Assembly: GCF_048551975.1 (NCBI RefSeq)
Contig: NZ_JBIMCF010000015.1
Location: 4,244-44,243 of the forward strand
Direction: 5' to 3'
DNA: 40,000 bases
Source: Acinetobacter johnsonii
GTDB lineage: Bacteria; Pseudomonadota; Gammaproteobacteria; Pseudomonadales; Moraxellaceae
Under the pieces are notes generated by a model, which saw only the letters and a program-made list of their open reading frames with translations, searched no databases and was not told where the DNA came from. Shown piece by piece: positions 9,005 to 19,900 of the stretch (position 1 is the stretch's first letter; each line of letters opens with the position of its first letter). The position numbers and the translations under genes were made by a program.

Positions 9005-9439
9005 TTAGTCCATACGCCAATCGAATGGCATATCACCTTGGCCACGTAGTGCAAGCATTAAAGTTTGACGCATATGCGCAAGCACTTCATTGCTATAAGG
9101 AACAGCGGGAGTACCCCAAACTGGTTTTGGCCATGCGACATCGTTTTGATAACGTACAACATGGTGAAAATGGAGCTGCGGAACCATATTACCTAAAGCA
9201 GCAACATTCATTTTGTCAGCACGGAATACACGAGCCAATTGGCTTGATAACCAGCTTGACTCACGTAAAAACTGTTCTTGGTCGGCTTGACTAAGCTCAT
9301 ATAACTCAGTGATGCCTGGCACGCGTGGAATTAAAATTAACCACGGGAATTGCATATCATTCATTAAGCGACATGTTGAAAGTGGAAAGTCGCCTACAAA
9401 AAACGTATCTTGAGCAAGTTGTGAATGCAAACTAAACAT
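9005..9439 (-). CDS. HIT (histidine triad) family nucleotide hydrolase
   Basis: Conserved core ...PWLILIPRV...NVAALGNMVPQLHFHHVVRY... with the histidine-triad-like motif. The track ORF extends to 9490 through a hydrophobic, non-conserved-looking leader, so the ATG at 9439 (MFSLHSQLAQDT) is the more likely start. Confidence 0.8.
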   Translation of the reverse strand: MFSLHSQLAQDTFFVGDFPLSTCRLMNDMQFPWLILIPRVPGITELYELSQADQEQFLRESSWLSSQLARVFRADKMNVAALGNMVPQLHFHHVVRYQNDVAWPKPVWGTPAVPYSNEVLAHMRQTLMLALRGQGDMPFDWRMD

Positions 9440-9670
9440 ATCTTTATAAATGATGCAAATTAGAATAATGGCTAATACTATCACATCCAATCAGAGGTGA
9501 ATATTGTAAGCAATGTGTTTCAACACAAATAAACTACGTTTTACTTTGAACCACATCACATTTATTACTCTAATAAATTTCGTCAAAAAATCAAGTCTTT
9601 CTTTTTATAGCGCAAGTCCGCAAGAAAAACCTGATATCTGTATGAAATCACAGCAAATTAAAGCTAAATT

Positions 9671-12600
9671 TTAATGCAACTCTTTCAACAAACTTTCCAA
9701 TAAGTCATTGATAAATTGAATCCGTTTTTCATATTCCTCTAGCATAACCATAACCTTTAAGCGCTGACCACCTTCCATCCTAAAAAAGGTCGGGTGTTTT
9801 TGCATCATCTGAATAATACTAATCGCCTGAACAGGAGTATCAGGTGAGAATTCAATCGTACCACCATTGGCAGAAATATCCACTTTGGTAATGCCCAGTG
9901 TTTCTGCTTTCAAACGCATCTGATGTACAGCAAAAAGCTGCTTTACAGGTTGTGGTGGTATCCCAAAACGGTCAATCAACTCCATACGAATGTTATCGAG
10001 TTTTTCCTGACTGTCCGTATTACTAATGCGCTTATAGAACAATAAACGCTGATGGACATCTCCTAGATATTCATCTGGAATCAAGGCCGGCATATGTAAA
10101 TTGATTTCTGCGGTCAGTGAGAGTGGCGCATCGAAATTTGGGGTTTTGCCCTTTTGAATGGCTTTGGTCGCCTTTTCGAGCATCTCCATATATAAGCTAT
10201 AGCCAATGGCTTGCATTGAACCACTTTGTTGCTCGCCAAGTAGCTCACCCGCTCCGCGAATTTCTAAGTCTTCCGTCGCTAACATAAAGCCCGCACCTAA
10301 TGTCGATGCCCGCTGAATCGCATCCAGACGTTTTTCAGCATCGCCTTTCAACCCTTTGATGGATGGCACCAACAGATAGGCATAAGCTTGGTGATGCGAG
10401 CGCCCTACACGTCCACGCAGTTGATGCAACTGCGCCAAACCCAGCTTATCTGCCCGTTCAATTAAAATGGTATTGGCATTCGGAACATCAATCCCTGTTT
10501 CAATAATGGTTGAGCAGACCAGCACGTTATATTCTTTATGGTAGAACTGCTGCATGACTTGCTCTAACTCGCGTTCACGCATTTGACCATGTGCAACAGC
10601 CACACGTGCCTCAGGGACCAACTCTCGAAGACTCTCCGCTGCACGCTCAATGGTTTCGACCTCATTATGCAAGAAATAAACTTGGCCACCACGCAGTAAC
10701 TCACGCAAGATGGCTTCTTTAACTGAATCACCCGTATGTTCTTGCACAAACGTTTTTACCGCTAAACGTCGTGAAGGTGGTGTGGCAATAATGGATAGAT
10801 CACGCATGCCACTAAAGGCCATATTTAAAGTCCGTGGAATTGGAGTTGCAGTCAGAGTCAACATATCCACATCTGCACGCATTGCTTTAATCCGCTCTTT
10901 ATCACGTACACCGAAGCGGTGTTCTTCATCCACAATCATTAAGCCTAAGTCTTTAAACTGGACACTTTCTTGTAGAATTTTATGCGTACCAATCACGATG
11001 TCGACTTTGCCCTCAGCTAAGTCTTCGATCGTTTTGGTATGTGATTTACTGCTGCCAAAACGCGATAAAACTTCGATACGAATAGGCCAGTCTGCAAAAC
11101 GGTCTTTAAAAGACTCATAATGCTGTTGGGCCAGCAACGTCGTCGGCACCAAAACAGCCACTTGTTTGTTGTTCTGCACAGCTAAGAATGCTGCGCGCAT
11201 CGCAACTTCGGTTTTACCAAAGCCCACATCACCACAGACCAAGCGATCCATCGGCTTAGCCAATTGCATATCATACAAAGTCGCTTCAATGGCATTGGCT
11301 TGATCGAGTGTTTCTTCATAGGCAAAGCCACTGACAAACTGCATATATTGACCTTGATCCAACTCAAAACCAAAACCTAGTTTGGCTTGACGACGGGCTT
11401 GGATATGCAATAACTCCGCTGCTACATCATGGATTTGCTCCAATGCTTTACGCTTTGCTTTACTCCAAGCATCAGTACCCAGCTTATGCAAGGGTGCTAG
11501 GTCTGGGTCACCGCCGCTATAACGGCTGATCAAATGTAAATTGGTGACAGGAACATAGACTTTGGCAGCATCGGCGTAATCGAGCTGCAAGAATTCATAG
11601 TCTTGATCATCAATGCTTAAAGTGACTAAGCCCGCATAACGTCCCACACCATAGTCGATATGCACCACCGGCGCACCCATACTCAATTCAGTCAAACTAC
11701 GGATGAGAAACTCTTCCGAAACCTCTTGCTGACGTTTACGACGGCGCTGTACAACGCGATGCTCATACAACTGATTTTCAGAAATGATGCTAATGCTGTC
11801 TTTTAATACCAAGCCACGCTCTAATGGCGCACTGGTAATTGCAATGGCATGTAAGGATTTTTGAAATTCAGCAAAATTCTCAACATTAGGAATCTCTCCC
11901 AATGCCGCACGCAAGGCATCTTTTAAAGTTTCTCGACGCCCAGCGCTTTCAGCAACCAGTAATACTGGATGGTTAGCAGCATCAATATACTGTTTAACCG
12001 CATGAAAGGGCTTTTCATACTTAGGATCGACTGCTAAACGTGGTGGAAGCACGGTGTTTAAATTGATCACACCTGCTTTTAGATCAAAAGCCTCGACTGA
12101 AGCGATAATGCGGGGAAAGCTATTGAGCTGCTCTAAAACTTGATTGGTCGAAATAAAAAGATGGTTAGGCGCTAAAATTGGCTGGTCAACATTATGGCGA
12201 CGGTCTTCATAACGGCGGTGGATTTCTTTCCAAAAACTATCTAAACCATCATCAACTTGCTTATCTGTAATGACAATGGAATGGCTTGGTAAATACGAAA
12301 GCAGTGTACTTTGGGTTTCCATCTGCGCTGCACTGAAAAAGAGTGGGAAATAGAATTCAATCCCTGGTGATGCAATCCCTTCTAACACATCCTGATAAAT
12401 TGGATTTTTCTTTGGATTTGCCGTCGGAAACATTTCTGCATAGCGATCACGAAATATGCTGCGTGCCTCTTTCAGCGGAAACTCTTTAGCTGGTAATACG
12501 GAAAACTGTTTTAAGTTTTGCGTAGTGCGCTGTGTTTCAGGATCAAAAAATTTGAGGGTTTCAATTTCATCATCAAACAAATCTATGCGAATTGGTGCAG

Positions 12601-13156
12601 CTTGACCTGAGGCATATATATCCATAATGCTACCCCGAACCGCAAATTCACCATGGTCATATACTGTGTCGACCAAATGATAGCCTGCTTGAATCAAACG
12701 CTTCTTTTGCTGTTCCAATTCAAACTTTTGACCAACGTGAATATCAAAGTGTTCTCCCAACACCCACGACGTCGGCGCTACACGCTGTGCCAAGGTCGAA
12801 GCCGAAATCAGTAAGACGCCTGTTTGCGGCATATTGGATAAAATTGCGAGGCGCTCAGATACAATATCTTGATGAGGAGATAAACGGTCATAAGGCAGAA
12901 TTTCCCAGTCTGGGAAAATGGTCGGTCGAATACCGTAAAATTCAAATTCACTTTCGAGTTGTGCTAAGTGTTGATTGTTTTTTGCAACAACCACAAAGAG
13001 CTGGTTATTTTGTGTGCTTAACGTTTGAATGAATAATGCAGTTGAAGAGCCGAGCAAATTTCCCAGCCAACGTTTTTCGCCTGCTTTTAGTTGTTGCACA
13101 TTCAGTTGGGAGATTTCTTCTTGGAACATGGACATGGCTTTAGCATTTAAAAACAT
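9671..13156 (-). CDS. mfd: Transcription-repair coupling factor Mfd
   Basis: 1161-aa ORF with superfamily-2 helicase motifs (GDVGFGKTEVA, DEEHRFG, TATPIPRT, QLHQLRGRVGRS) and the CarD/TRCF domain order. The true start may be one of the ATGs at 13135 or 13129. Confidence 0.96.
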   Translation of the reverse strand: MFLNAKAMSMFQEEISQLNVQQLKAGEKRWLGNLLGSSTALFIQTLSTQNNQLFVVVAKNNQHLAQLESEFEFYGIRPTIFPDWEILPYDRLSPHQDIVSERLAILSNMPQTGVLLISASTLAQRVAPTSWVLGEHFDIHVGQKFELEQQKKRLIQAGYHLVDTVYDHGEFAVRGSIMDIYASGQAAPIRIDLFDDEIETLKFFDPETQRTTQNLKQFSVLPAKEFPLKEARSIFRDRYAEMFPTANPKKNPIYQDVLEGIASPGIEFYFPLFFSAAQMETQSTLLSYLPSHSIVITDKQVDDGLDSFWKEIHRRYEDRRHNVDQPILAPNHLFISTNQVLEQLNSFPRIIASVEAFDLKAGVINLNTVLPPRLAVDPKYEKPFHAVKQYIDAANHPVLLVAESAGRRETLKDALRAALGEIPNVENFAEFQKSLHAIAITSAPLERGLVLKDSISIISENQLYEHRVVQRRRKRQQEVSEEFLIRSLTELSMGAPVVHIDYGVGRYAGLVTLSIDDQDYEFLQLDYADAAKVYVPVTNLHLISRYSGGDPDLAPLHKLGTDAWSKAKRKALEQIHDVAAELLHIQARRQAKLGFGFELDQGQYMQFVSGFAYEETLDQANAIEATLYDMQLAKPMDRLVCGDVGFGKTEVAMRAAFLAVQNNKQVAVLVPTTLLAQQHYESFKDRFADWPIRIEVLSRFGSSKSHTKTIEDLAEGKVDIVIGTHKILQESVQFKDLGLMIVDEEHRFGVRDKERIKAMRADVDMLTLTATPIPRTLNMAFSGMRDLSIIATPPSRRLAVKTFVQEHTGDSVKEAILRELLRGGQVYFLHNEVETIERAAESLRELVPEARVAVAHGQMRERELEQVMQQFYHKEYNVLVCSTIIETGIDVPNANTILIERADKLGLAQLHQLRGRVGRSHHQAYAYLLVPSIKGLKGDAEKRLDAIQRASTLGAGFMLATEDLEIRGAGELLGEQQSGSMQAIGYSLYMEMLEKATKAIQKGKTPNFDAPLSLTAEINLHMPALIPDEYLGDVHQRLLFYKRISNTDSQEKLDNIRMELIDRFGIPPQPVKQLFAVHQMRLKAETLGITKVDISANGGTIEFSPDTPVQAISIIQMMQKHPTFFRMEGGQRLKVMVMLEEYEKRIQFINDLLESLLKELH

Positions 13157-13269
13157 GCGTCATATACTAGCATGATGTCCTCTCGCTGCATGTTATTTTT
13201 CACGACAACAACATCATCAATCTAGCGCTAAGTTCTTTTTACAACTCAAATTTATGGCTTTTAAAAGAC

Positions 13270-13635
13270 TTATTTTTTGTCACGTATAAACTGGTAATAA
13301 TAGTCATTAAGTAGCTTAATCATTCGCTTTAGCTCAGTTAAGTTTTCTAAATTATTACCTAAACGTGCGACAAATCGTTCATTGGCAATTTCTAAGTCGA
13401 TTTTCTCATTGATTAGCATAGCACTATAAAAAAGTGCATTAAGGTCATCAAACTGACTAATTCTACGATTTGAAAAATAGACCAAACGTTCAGCATGTAT
13501 GGCATTTAGCACAATACCTTCAATGATAAAGCCTTTTTCATCATCATATTCAATCTCATGCTGCTGCAAAAAAAGTTGTTCTGGCGCATCTTTCTTGAAT
13601 TTAAATAATTGGCCTAATTTACTCAGCATAGACAT
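13270..13635 (-). CDS. Hypothetical protein (orphan, low-GC)
   Basis: 121-aa intact ORF with no motif I recognise. It is visibly more AT-rich than the adjacent mfd. Confidence 0.55.
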   Translation of the reverse strand: MSMLSKLGQLFKFKKDAPEQLFLQQHEIEYDDEKGFIIEGIVLNAIHAERLVYFSNRRISQFDDLNALFYSAMLINEKIDLEIANERFVARLGNNLENLTELKRMIKLLNDYYYQFIRDKK

Positions 13636-13794
13636 CTAATCCTGGTTCTTCACTCAAGCTTATTGTAGTTCTAACTGCTACCTTTTGTTAGCGTGTATTG
13701 GCTTAAAAGTATAAAAGCAGCGCATTGACTACTTTTATACCTATATAGTTATAAATGTCCTAGCGAACTTATGCTAAAGGCACAACCGTAGGCG

Positions 13795-14417
13795 TCACCT
13801 CAACAACAAAGTTTCAAATAAGAAAATGTGACCTAAGGGGTATTGAGTCAACAACCCTTTCCCCAATACCACTTGCTGAATTGTTTTGTTTTTCCGCAAC
13901 ACACTGTTTACCCATTTCATCACATTTCACGACCTAAAATTCGATTAAAAAGTGAGAATACCAACAATAATTAATTGCTAAACATAACGCCACTGTAGAA
14001 AGTATTGGTCGATTGATATTTATTGATATGATCGTTTTTGAAAATAAAATCATATTTACCTTTAGTAAGAGATAGATGCTCCAATGCAATATTGGTCAGT
14101 ACTTCGTTGCTATCCATTTAATTGAAGTGTCCACTCCACCTTTATAGGCATCTATGGTTAGATGCAAGGGAAAAGCGTGTAACCAACTTTAAGACGTTTG
14201 GCTCAATTGGTCACATGCCCCCGCAATAGCCTGCACAATTTCAGGAGAAATTTTGTCAAATTTGTAGGTAATTTATAACGACTCTATTTTCACTTGTTCC
14301 AAAGCAAACAGAAAATGCCATTGAATTCCTATTTTCTAATTAGAAATTTGAAAGTTTTCCAATGCATTCAAAGTATGAACGCCTTAACAAAATTAGTTCA
14401 ATGGTGAAATATTCGTC
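13795..14417 (-). pseudogene. Possible decayed gene remnant(s) in an ORF-poor tract
   Basis: Minus-strand frames read as protein-like stretches broken by stops and frameshifts. 14417-14256 gives DEYFTIELILLRRSYFECIGKLSNF*LENRNSMAFSVCFGTSENRVVINYLQI, with an in-frame TAA at 14340-14342. 14272-14189 gives ITYKFDKISPEIVQAIAGACDQLSQTS. There is a 48-aa ORF at 13971-14117 and a 41-aa ORF at 13795-13920. No family was recognised. Confidence 0.3.
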
Positions 14418-14787
14418 TTATCTATCTATTTCACGACTGTAGATACACTTCATAAATGAAACAATTTATGTGTAAATACACCTGTTTTGCAGGTAATGTA
14501 ATTTTTCGTAAGCAATAAAAAATCATAAATTATAACTAGCCTGCTGATTTTACGAAATAAATGCTTAGAATTTCATTCACCCCATAAAAAAGAATAATAA
14601 TTGACCAATAAATAACATATTTTCAACAACTTATTGTTTAATTTTAAAAAACAATTAATAATTACATAAAATAAACAAAAACACCTCACAACTGTTACAG
14701 AGTGTAATTTTATTTTTATGCTTGAATCGCCGTCTCAAACAAAGCGATTAAAAAATCTCCCAAGTCGGATTTTGCCAAGGAATGCCT

Positions 14788-16311
14788 ATGAGTCAAATTA
14801 ACCCCACCCTCGTCACATTTTTAGTTTATATCATTGCCATGATTGGCATCGGTTTGTATGCATACAAGTCCACAAACAACTTTGATGATTACATCTTAGG
14901 TGGTCGTAGTTTAGGAAGTGTGGTTACTGCACTTTCTGCAGGTGCATCAGACATGAGTGGCTGGTTACTGATGGGCTTACCGGGCGCAATTTATTTGTCT
15001 GGTTTGTCTGAAGCGTGGATTGCTGTAGGTCTGATCATTGGTGCATGGCTCAACTGGTTATTGGTTGCAGGACGTTTACGTGTACATACTGAAGTCCAAA
15101 ACAATGCCCTCACCCTGCCTGATTATTTCACAGGTCGTTTCGCAGATCGTAAACGTATCTTGCGTATGATCTCAGCGATCGTCATTTTAGTATTCTTCGC
15201 GATTTACTGTGCTTCAGGCATGGTCGCTGGCTCACGTTTATTTGAAAGCATTTTTGGCTGGGACTACACCACTGCTCTTTGGATTAGCGCAATTGCAACC
15301 ATCAGTTATGTATGTATCGGTGGCTTCCTTGCTATTAGCTGGACAGACACCTTCCAAGCAGGCTTAATGATTTTTGCTCTGCTGCTTACCCCAATCATGA
15401 CTTATCTTGCAATTGATGGTAATGCTGCACAGTTCACAGTCCTGCTTGAAACTGCTCGCCCACAAGCCATGCACATTGTCTCTGAACTCAGCACTGTTGC
15501 CATCTTGTCATCATTGGCATGGGGCTTAGGCTATTTTGGTCAGCCACACATTTTAGTGCGCTTCATGGCTGCAGACTCTGTGAAAACAATTCCTGCTGCG
15601 CGTCGCATTGGTATGACATGGATGATTTTATGTCTAGGTGGTGCGGTAGGTGCAGGTTTCATTGCGATTGCTTACTTCCAACAACACCCTGAACTGGCGG
15701 CTGTGGTTTCTCAAAACCCTGAAACTGTGTTCATGGAACTGACTAAAATATTATTCAACCCGTGGATTGCAGGCATTGTTTTAGCTGCAATTTTAGCTGC
15801 GGTGATGAGTACATTAAGCTGTCAGTTACTGGTTTGTTCTACAACATTGACAGAAGATATGTACAAAGCATTCATCCGTAAAACAGCTTCTCAAAAAGAA
15901 TTGGTCTGGGTGGGGCGTTTCATGGTTCTTGCAGTTGCTGTTCTTGCAATTTGCTTAGCAAGCAACCCTGACAGTAAAGTTCTAGGCCTTGTAGCTTATG
16001 CATGGGCAGGTTTTGGTGCGGCATTTGGTCCACTGATTATCTTGTCTTTGTTCTGGAAGCGCATGACTTTGAATGGTGCTATTGCAGGTATTATTGTTGG
16101 TGCGGTAACCGTGATTGTATGGAAAAATGCATTAGGACACTTAGGTCTATATGAAATTATTCCAGGCTTCATCTTCTCTTGGGTCAGCATTGTAGTTGTA
16201 AGCTTAATGGGTAAAGCCCCTGAAGCTGAAGTGATACAACGCTTTGAACAAGCAGACAGCATGTACAAACAAGCCATGGCTGAAATGAAAGAAGAATCTA
16301 CACAACGTTAA
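14788..16311 (+). CDS. putP: Sodium/proline symporter PutP (SSS family)
   Basis: Full-length similarity to PutP (...NFDDYILGGRSLG..., GASDMSGWLLMGLPG) with about 13 TM segments. The AAGGA Shine-Dalgarno at 14777-14781 favours the ATG at 14788 over 14782. Confidence 0.94.
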   Translation: MSQINPTLVTFLVYIIAMIGIGLYAYKSTNNFDDYILGGRSLGSVVTALSAGASDMSGWLLMGLPGAIYLSGLSEAWIAVGLIIGAWLNWLLVAGRLRVHTEVQNNALTLPDYFTGRFADRKRILRMISAIVILVFFAIYCASGMVAGSRLFESIFGWDYTTALWISAIATISYVCIGGFLAISWTDTFQAGLMIFALLLTPIMTYLAIDGNAAQFTVLLETARPQAMHIVSELSTVAILSSLAWGLGYFGQPHILVRFMAADSVKTIPAARRIGMTWMILCLGGAVGAGFIAIAYFQQHPELAAVVSQNPETVFMELTKILFNPWIAGIVLAAILAAVMSTLSCQLLVCSTTLTEDMYKAFIRKTASQKELVWVGRFMVLAVAVLAICLASNPDSKVLGLVAYAWAGFGAAFGPLIILSLFWKRMTLNGAIAGIIVGAVTVIVWKNALGHLGLYEIIPGFIFSWVSIVVVSLMGKAPEAEVIQRFEQADSMYKQAMAEMKEESTQR

Positions 16312-16329
16312 TTTAACGTGTAGACCAAC

Positions 16330-16358
16330 AAAAAAGGGGCTTTTAAGCCCCTTTTTTT
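16330..16358. terminator. Bidirectional terminator between convergent putP and the Lrp-family gene
   Basis: AAAAAGGGGC-TTTTAA-GCCCCTTTTTTT: a GC stem flanked by A- and T-runs. Confidence 0.85.
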
Positions 16359-16375
16359 ACATCTCATGCACTCAA

Positions 16376-16870
16376 TTATTTCGACAACGGTTTGTACTTA
16401 AGTTGAATACGCGAGCTTTCTTTGATGACTTCCATCACGGGATAACTGCGTGTTTCTTTAACGCCCGGCAGTTGCCACAAGACTTGACCTGAGATTTTTC
16501 GGAACTCATCCATACTGGCACAGCGAATCTTCACCACAAAATCAAAGCCCCCACTGGTCATATGACATTCCACAATTTCATCATGTTGTAGTACTGCATG
16601 GCGAAAATCTTCCAAGACATGTGGGGTAGTTTTATCCAAAAGTATCTCAACAAAAACCACAAAACTGGCATTCAGCATGTTTGGATTTAAGCGTGCTTCA
16701 TAACTCAGAATAAAGCCTTCCTTGGTTAATTTTTGCACCCGAGCCAAAGCAGCTGTCGCTGATAAGTTTACTTCTTCGGCAAGTTTAATATTCGATATTT
16801 TTCCATCTCTTTGAAGAATATCCAATATTTTTATATCTGTTCGGTCCAAGTTAAAAATTGGGCTCGTCAT
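16376..16870 (-). CDS. Lrp/AsnC family transcriptional regulator (PutR-like, divergent from putA)
   Basis: 164 aa with an N-terminal HTH (LDRTDIKILDILQRDGKISNIKLAEEVNLSATAALARVQKL) and a C-terminal RAM/AsnC domain. It is divergently oriented to putA, as PutR is in other proteobacteria. Confidence 0.85.
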   Translation of the reverse strand: MTSPIFNLDRTDIKILDILQRDGKISNIKLAEEVNLSATAALARVQKLTKEGFILSYEARLNPNMLNASFVVFVEILLDKTTPHVLEDFRHAVLQHDEIVECHMTSGGFDFVVKIRCASMDEFRKISGQVLWQLPGVKETRSYPVMEVIKESSRIQLKYKPLSK

Positions 16871-16987
16871 CTGAATTAATCTCTAAATAGCATACAAATT
16901 ATAGTGAGTTATTCGGCATTCTTTCTGTAATCATAAATTAATTACTATAGATCTCTCAACACATTATTGTATGCACAGGATGTAGGC

Positions 16988-19900
16988 ATGAATATGATGG
17001 AAAGCAATACGCATTTCAACGACGCTCAAACTCAATTTGAATATATTACCGAATTCAAAGAAAAAAGTGAGCTTGAAGTTGAGATCAATACCGCTTGGCG
17101 ACGTGCCGAAACTGACTGTGTTCAAAACTTATTAGACCACAGCAAAATCTCTGACGAGATGAATCAACGCATTCATGAACTTGCATTTGATTTGGCTCAT
17201 ACTTTACGTGAACGTAAAAGCGGCAGCGGTAAAGCAGGTATTGTACAGGGTCTCTTACAAGAATTTGCACTGTCTTCTCAAGAAGGCATCGCGCTGATGT
17301 GTTTAGCTGAAGCATTGCTTCGTATTCCTGACATGGCGACACGTGACTTGTTGATTAAGGACAAAATCAACCAAGGCAACTGGAAAGAGCACGTTGGTCA
17401 AAGTAACTTAATGTTTGTCAATGCAGCAGCATGGGGTCTCATGTTGACTGGCAAGTTGATGGAAACCCCAAAGCAAAATAGCTTATCAGGCACTTTAACA
17501 GGCTTATTGGCACGTAGTGGTCGTGGCATCATCCGTAAAGCAGTTGATGTGGCAATGCGCATGATGGGCGAACAGTTTGTCACTGGCGAAACCATTGGTG
17601 AAGCATTGCAACATGCTGAACGTCTTGAAGAAAAAGGTTTTCGCTATTCATACGACATGCTGGGTGAAGCGGCACTGACCGATCACGATGCTGATCGTTA
17701 TATGAAAGACTATACCGATGCCATTCATGCCATTGGGCAAGCCTCAAAAGACAAAGATGTCTATGACGGCCCGGGTATTTCAATTAAATTATCTGCTCTA
17801 CACCCGCGTTACCAACGTGCCCAAATTGCACGTGTACATGACGAACTTTATGGCAAAGTCTTTGTTCTTGCTAAATTGGCACGCGGTTATAACATCGGTC
17901 TAAATATCGACGCAGAAGAATCTGAGCGTTTAGAAATTTCTTTAGAAATGCTCGAACGCTTATGCTTTGAACCAGAACTCAAAGACTGGAAAGGCATTGG
18001 TTTCGTTATCCAAGCGTATCAAAAACGTTGTTTCTACGTGGTTGACTACATCGTAGACTTGGCTAAACGTAGTGAAAAACGCTTAATGATCCGCTTAGTG
18101 AAAGGCGCGTACTGGGACAGCGAAATCAAGAAAGCGCAAATTGAAGGGATGACCGACTATCCTGTATTTACCCGTAAAGTACATACAGACTTGTCGTATA
18201 TCGCATGTGCGAAAAAATTATTGGCTGCACCAGAACAAATCTACCCTCAGTTTGCAACACATAATGCACAAACCTTGGCAACCATTTATGAAATGGCCAA
18301 CCCAGAGAAATACTACGTGGGTCAGTATGAGTTCCAATGCTTACATGGCATGGGCGAGCCACTGTATGAACAAGTAGTCGGTGAAAAGCAAGATAAAAAA
18401 CTAGGTGTACCATGCCGTATTTATGCGCCTGTCGGTAACCATGAAACACTATTAGCTTATCTTGTACGCCGTTTACTTGAAAATGGTGCAAACACTTCTT
18501 TTGTCAACCGTATTGCAGACAAGTCACTTGCAATTGATGATTTGATTGAAAACCCAACTCAAACCATTTTAAGCAGTGCAAAACGTGAAAATATCGTGGG
18601 TCAAAAGCACCTTTCGATTCCACTTCCTGCTGAGCTTTATGGCCAACTACGCGCGAATTCTAAAGGTTTAGACCTTGCAAATGACTCTGCATTAGCTCAG
18701 CTGAACCAAACAGCTCAACAGTTTGCTAAACACCAATGGTCTGCTGCACCAATGGGTGAGCACATCCAGACCAATGACGCCGTTGCTCCACAAACCATTA
18801 TTAACCCAGCACGTCACTCAGATGTTGTAGGTTATGTACAAGAAGCAACAACTGAACAAGTTGAGCAAGCATTAAATAATGCGCAGGCTGTTCAAGAGAT
18901 TTGGGCACGTACGGCTAAAGACACCCGTGCAAGTTACCTACTTCGCGCTGCTGACTTAATGGAAGCTCGCTTAGAAGAACTGATGGTTTTACTTTGTCGT
19001 GAAAGCGGTAAAACATATGCTAATGCAATTGCAGAAGTTCGTGAAGCTGTAGATTTCTTACGCTATTACGCAACGCAAATGATTGATCTAGATGCAAACG
19101 CAGAAGTTAAGCCTTTAGGCACGATGCTATGTATTAGCCCATGGAACTTCCCTTTGGCTATCTTCACAGGTCAAGTCGCTGCTGCATTGGTTGCGGGTAA
19201 TACCGTGATTGCTAAACCAGCTGAACAAACACCATTGATTGCAGCGCAAGCAATTCAAATCTTATGGCAAGCGGGTGTGCCTCAAGCGGCTGTACAGCTG
19301 ATGCCGGGTCGTGGTGAAACTGTGGGTGCACAACTCAGTGCAGCCGAGCAAGTTCAAGGCATCATGTTCACAGGTTCTACTGAAGTTGCTAAGATTTTGC
19401 AAAAAACTGTGGCGAAACGTTTGAGCAAAACTGGTGAAAGCATTCCACTGATTGCTGAAACAGGCGGTCAAAATGCCATGATCGTTGACTCATCAGCACT
19501 AACCGAGCAAGTTGTACTCGACGTTGTAAGTTCAGCTTATGACAGCGCAGGTCAACGTTGTTCTGCCCTTCGCGTACTATGTGTACAAGAAGATAATGCC
19601 GATGCTGTGATTCAAATGCTTAAAGGGGCAATGCAGCAGCTTCAAGTGGGCAACCCATATCTACTTAAAACAGATATTGGTCCTGTGATTGATGCTGAAG
19701 CGCAAGAAAATATTCAAAAGCACATCGACAAGATGCGCCAAAAAGGTCATCGCGTACATCAGTTGATGCGTAATGATGCTCAAGACGCTGAACTAGAGGC
19801 AGGTACGTTTATTACACCAACATTAATTGAGTTACCAAATCTCAATGATTTAGAGCGCGAAGTGTTTGGTCCTGTGCTGCATGTGATTCGCTTTAACCAA

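Noticed and set aside
10564-11373. Several 61-136-aa ORFs on both strands within mfd
   Set aside because: They are embedded in or antisense to the 1161-aa Mfd ORF, whose helicase motifs are unambiguous.
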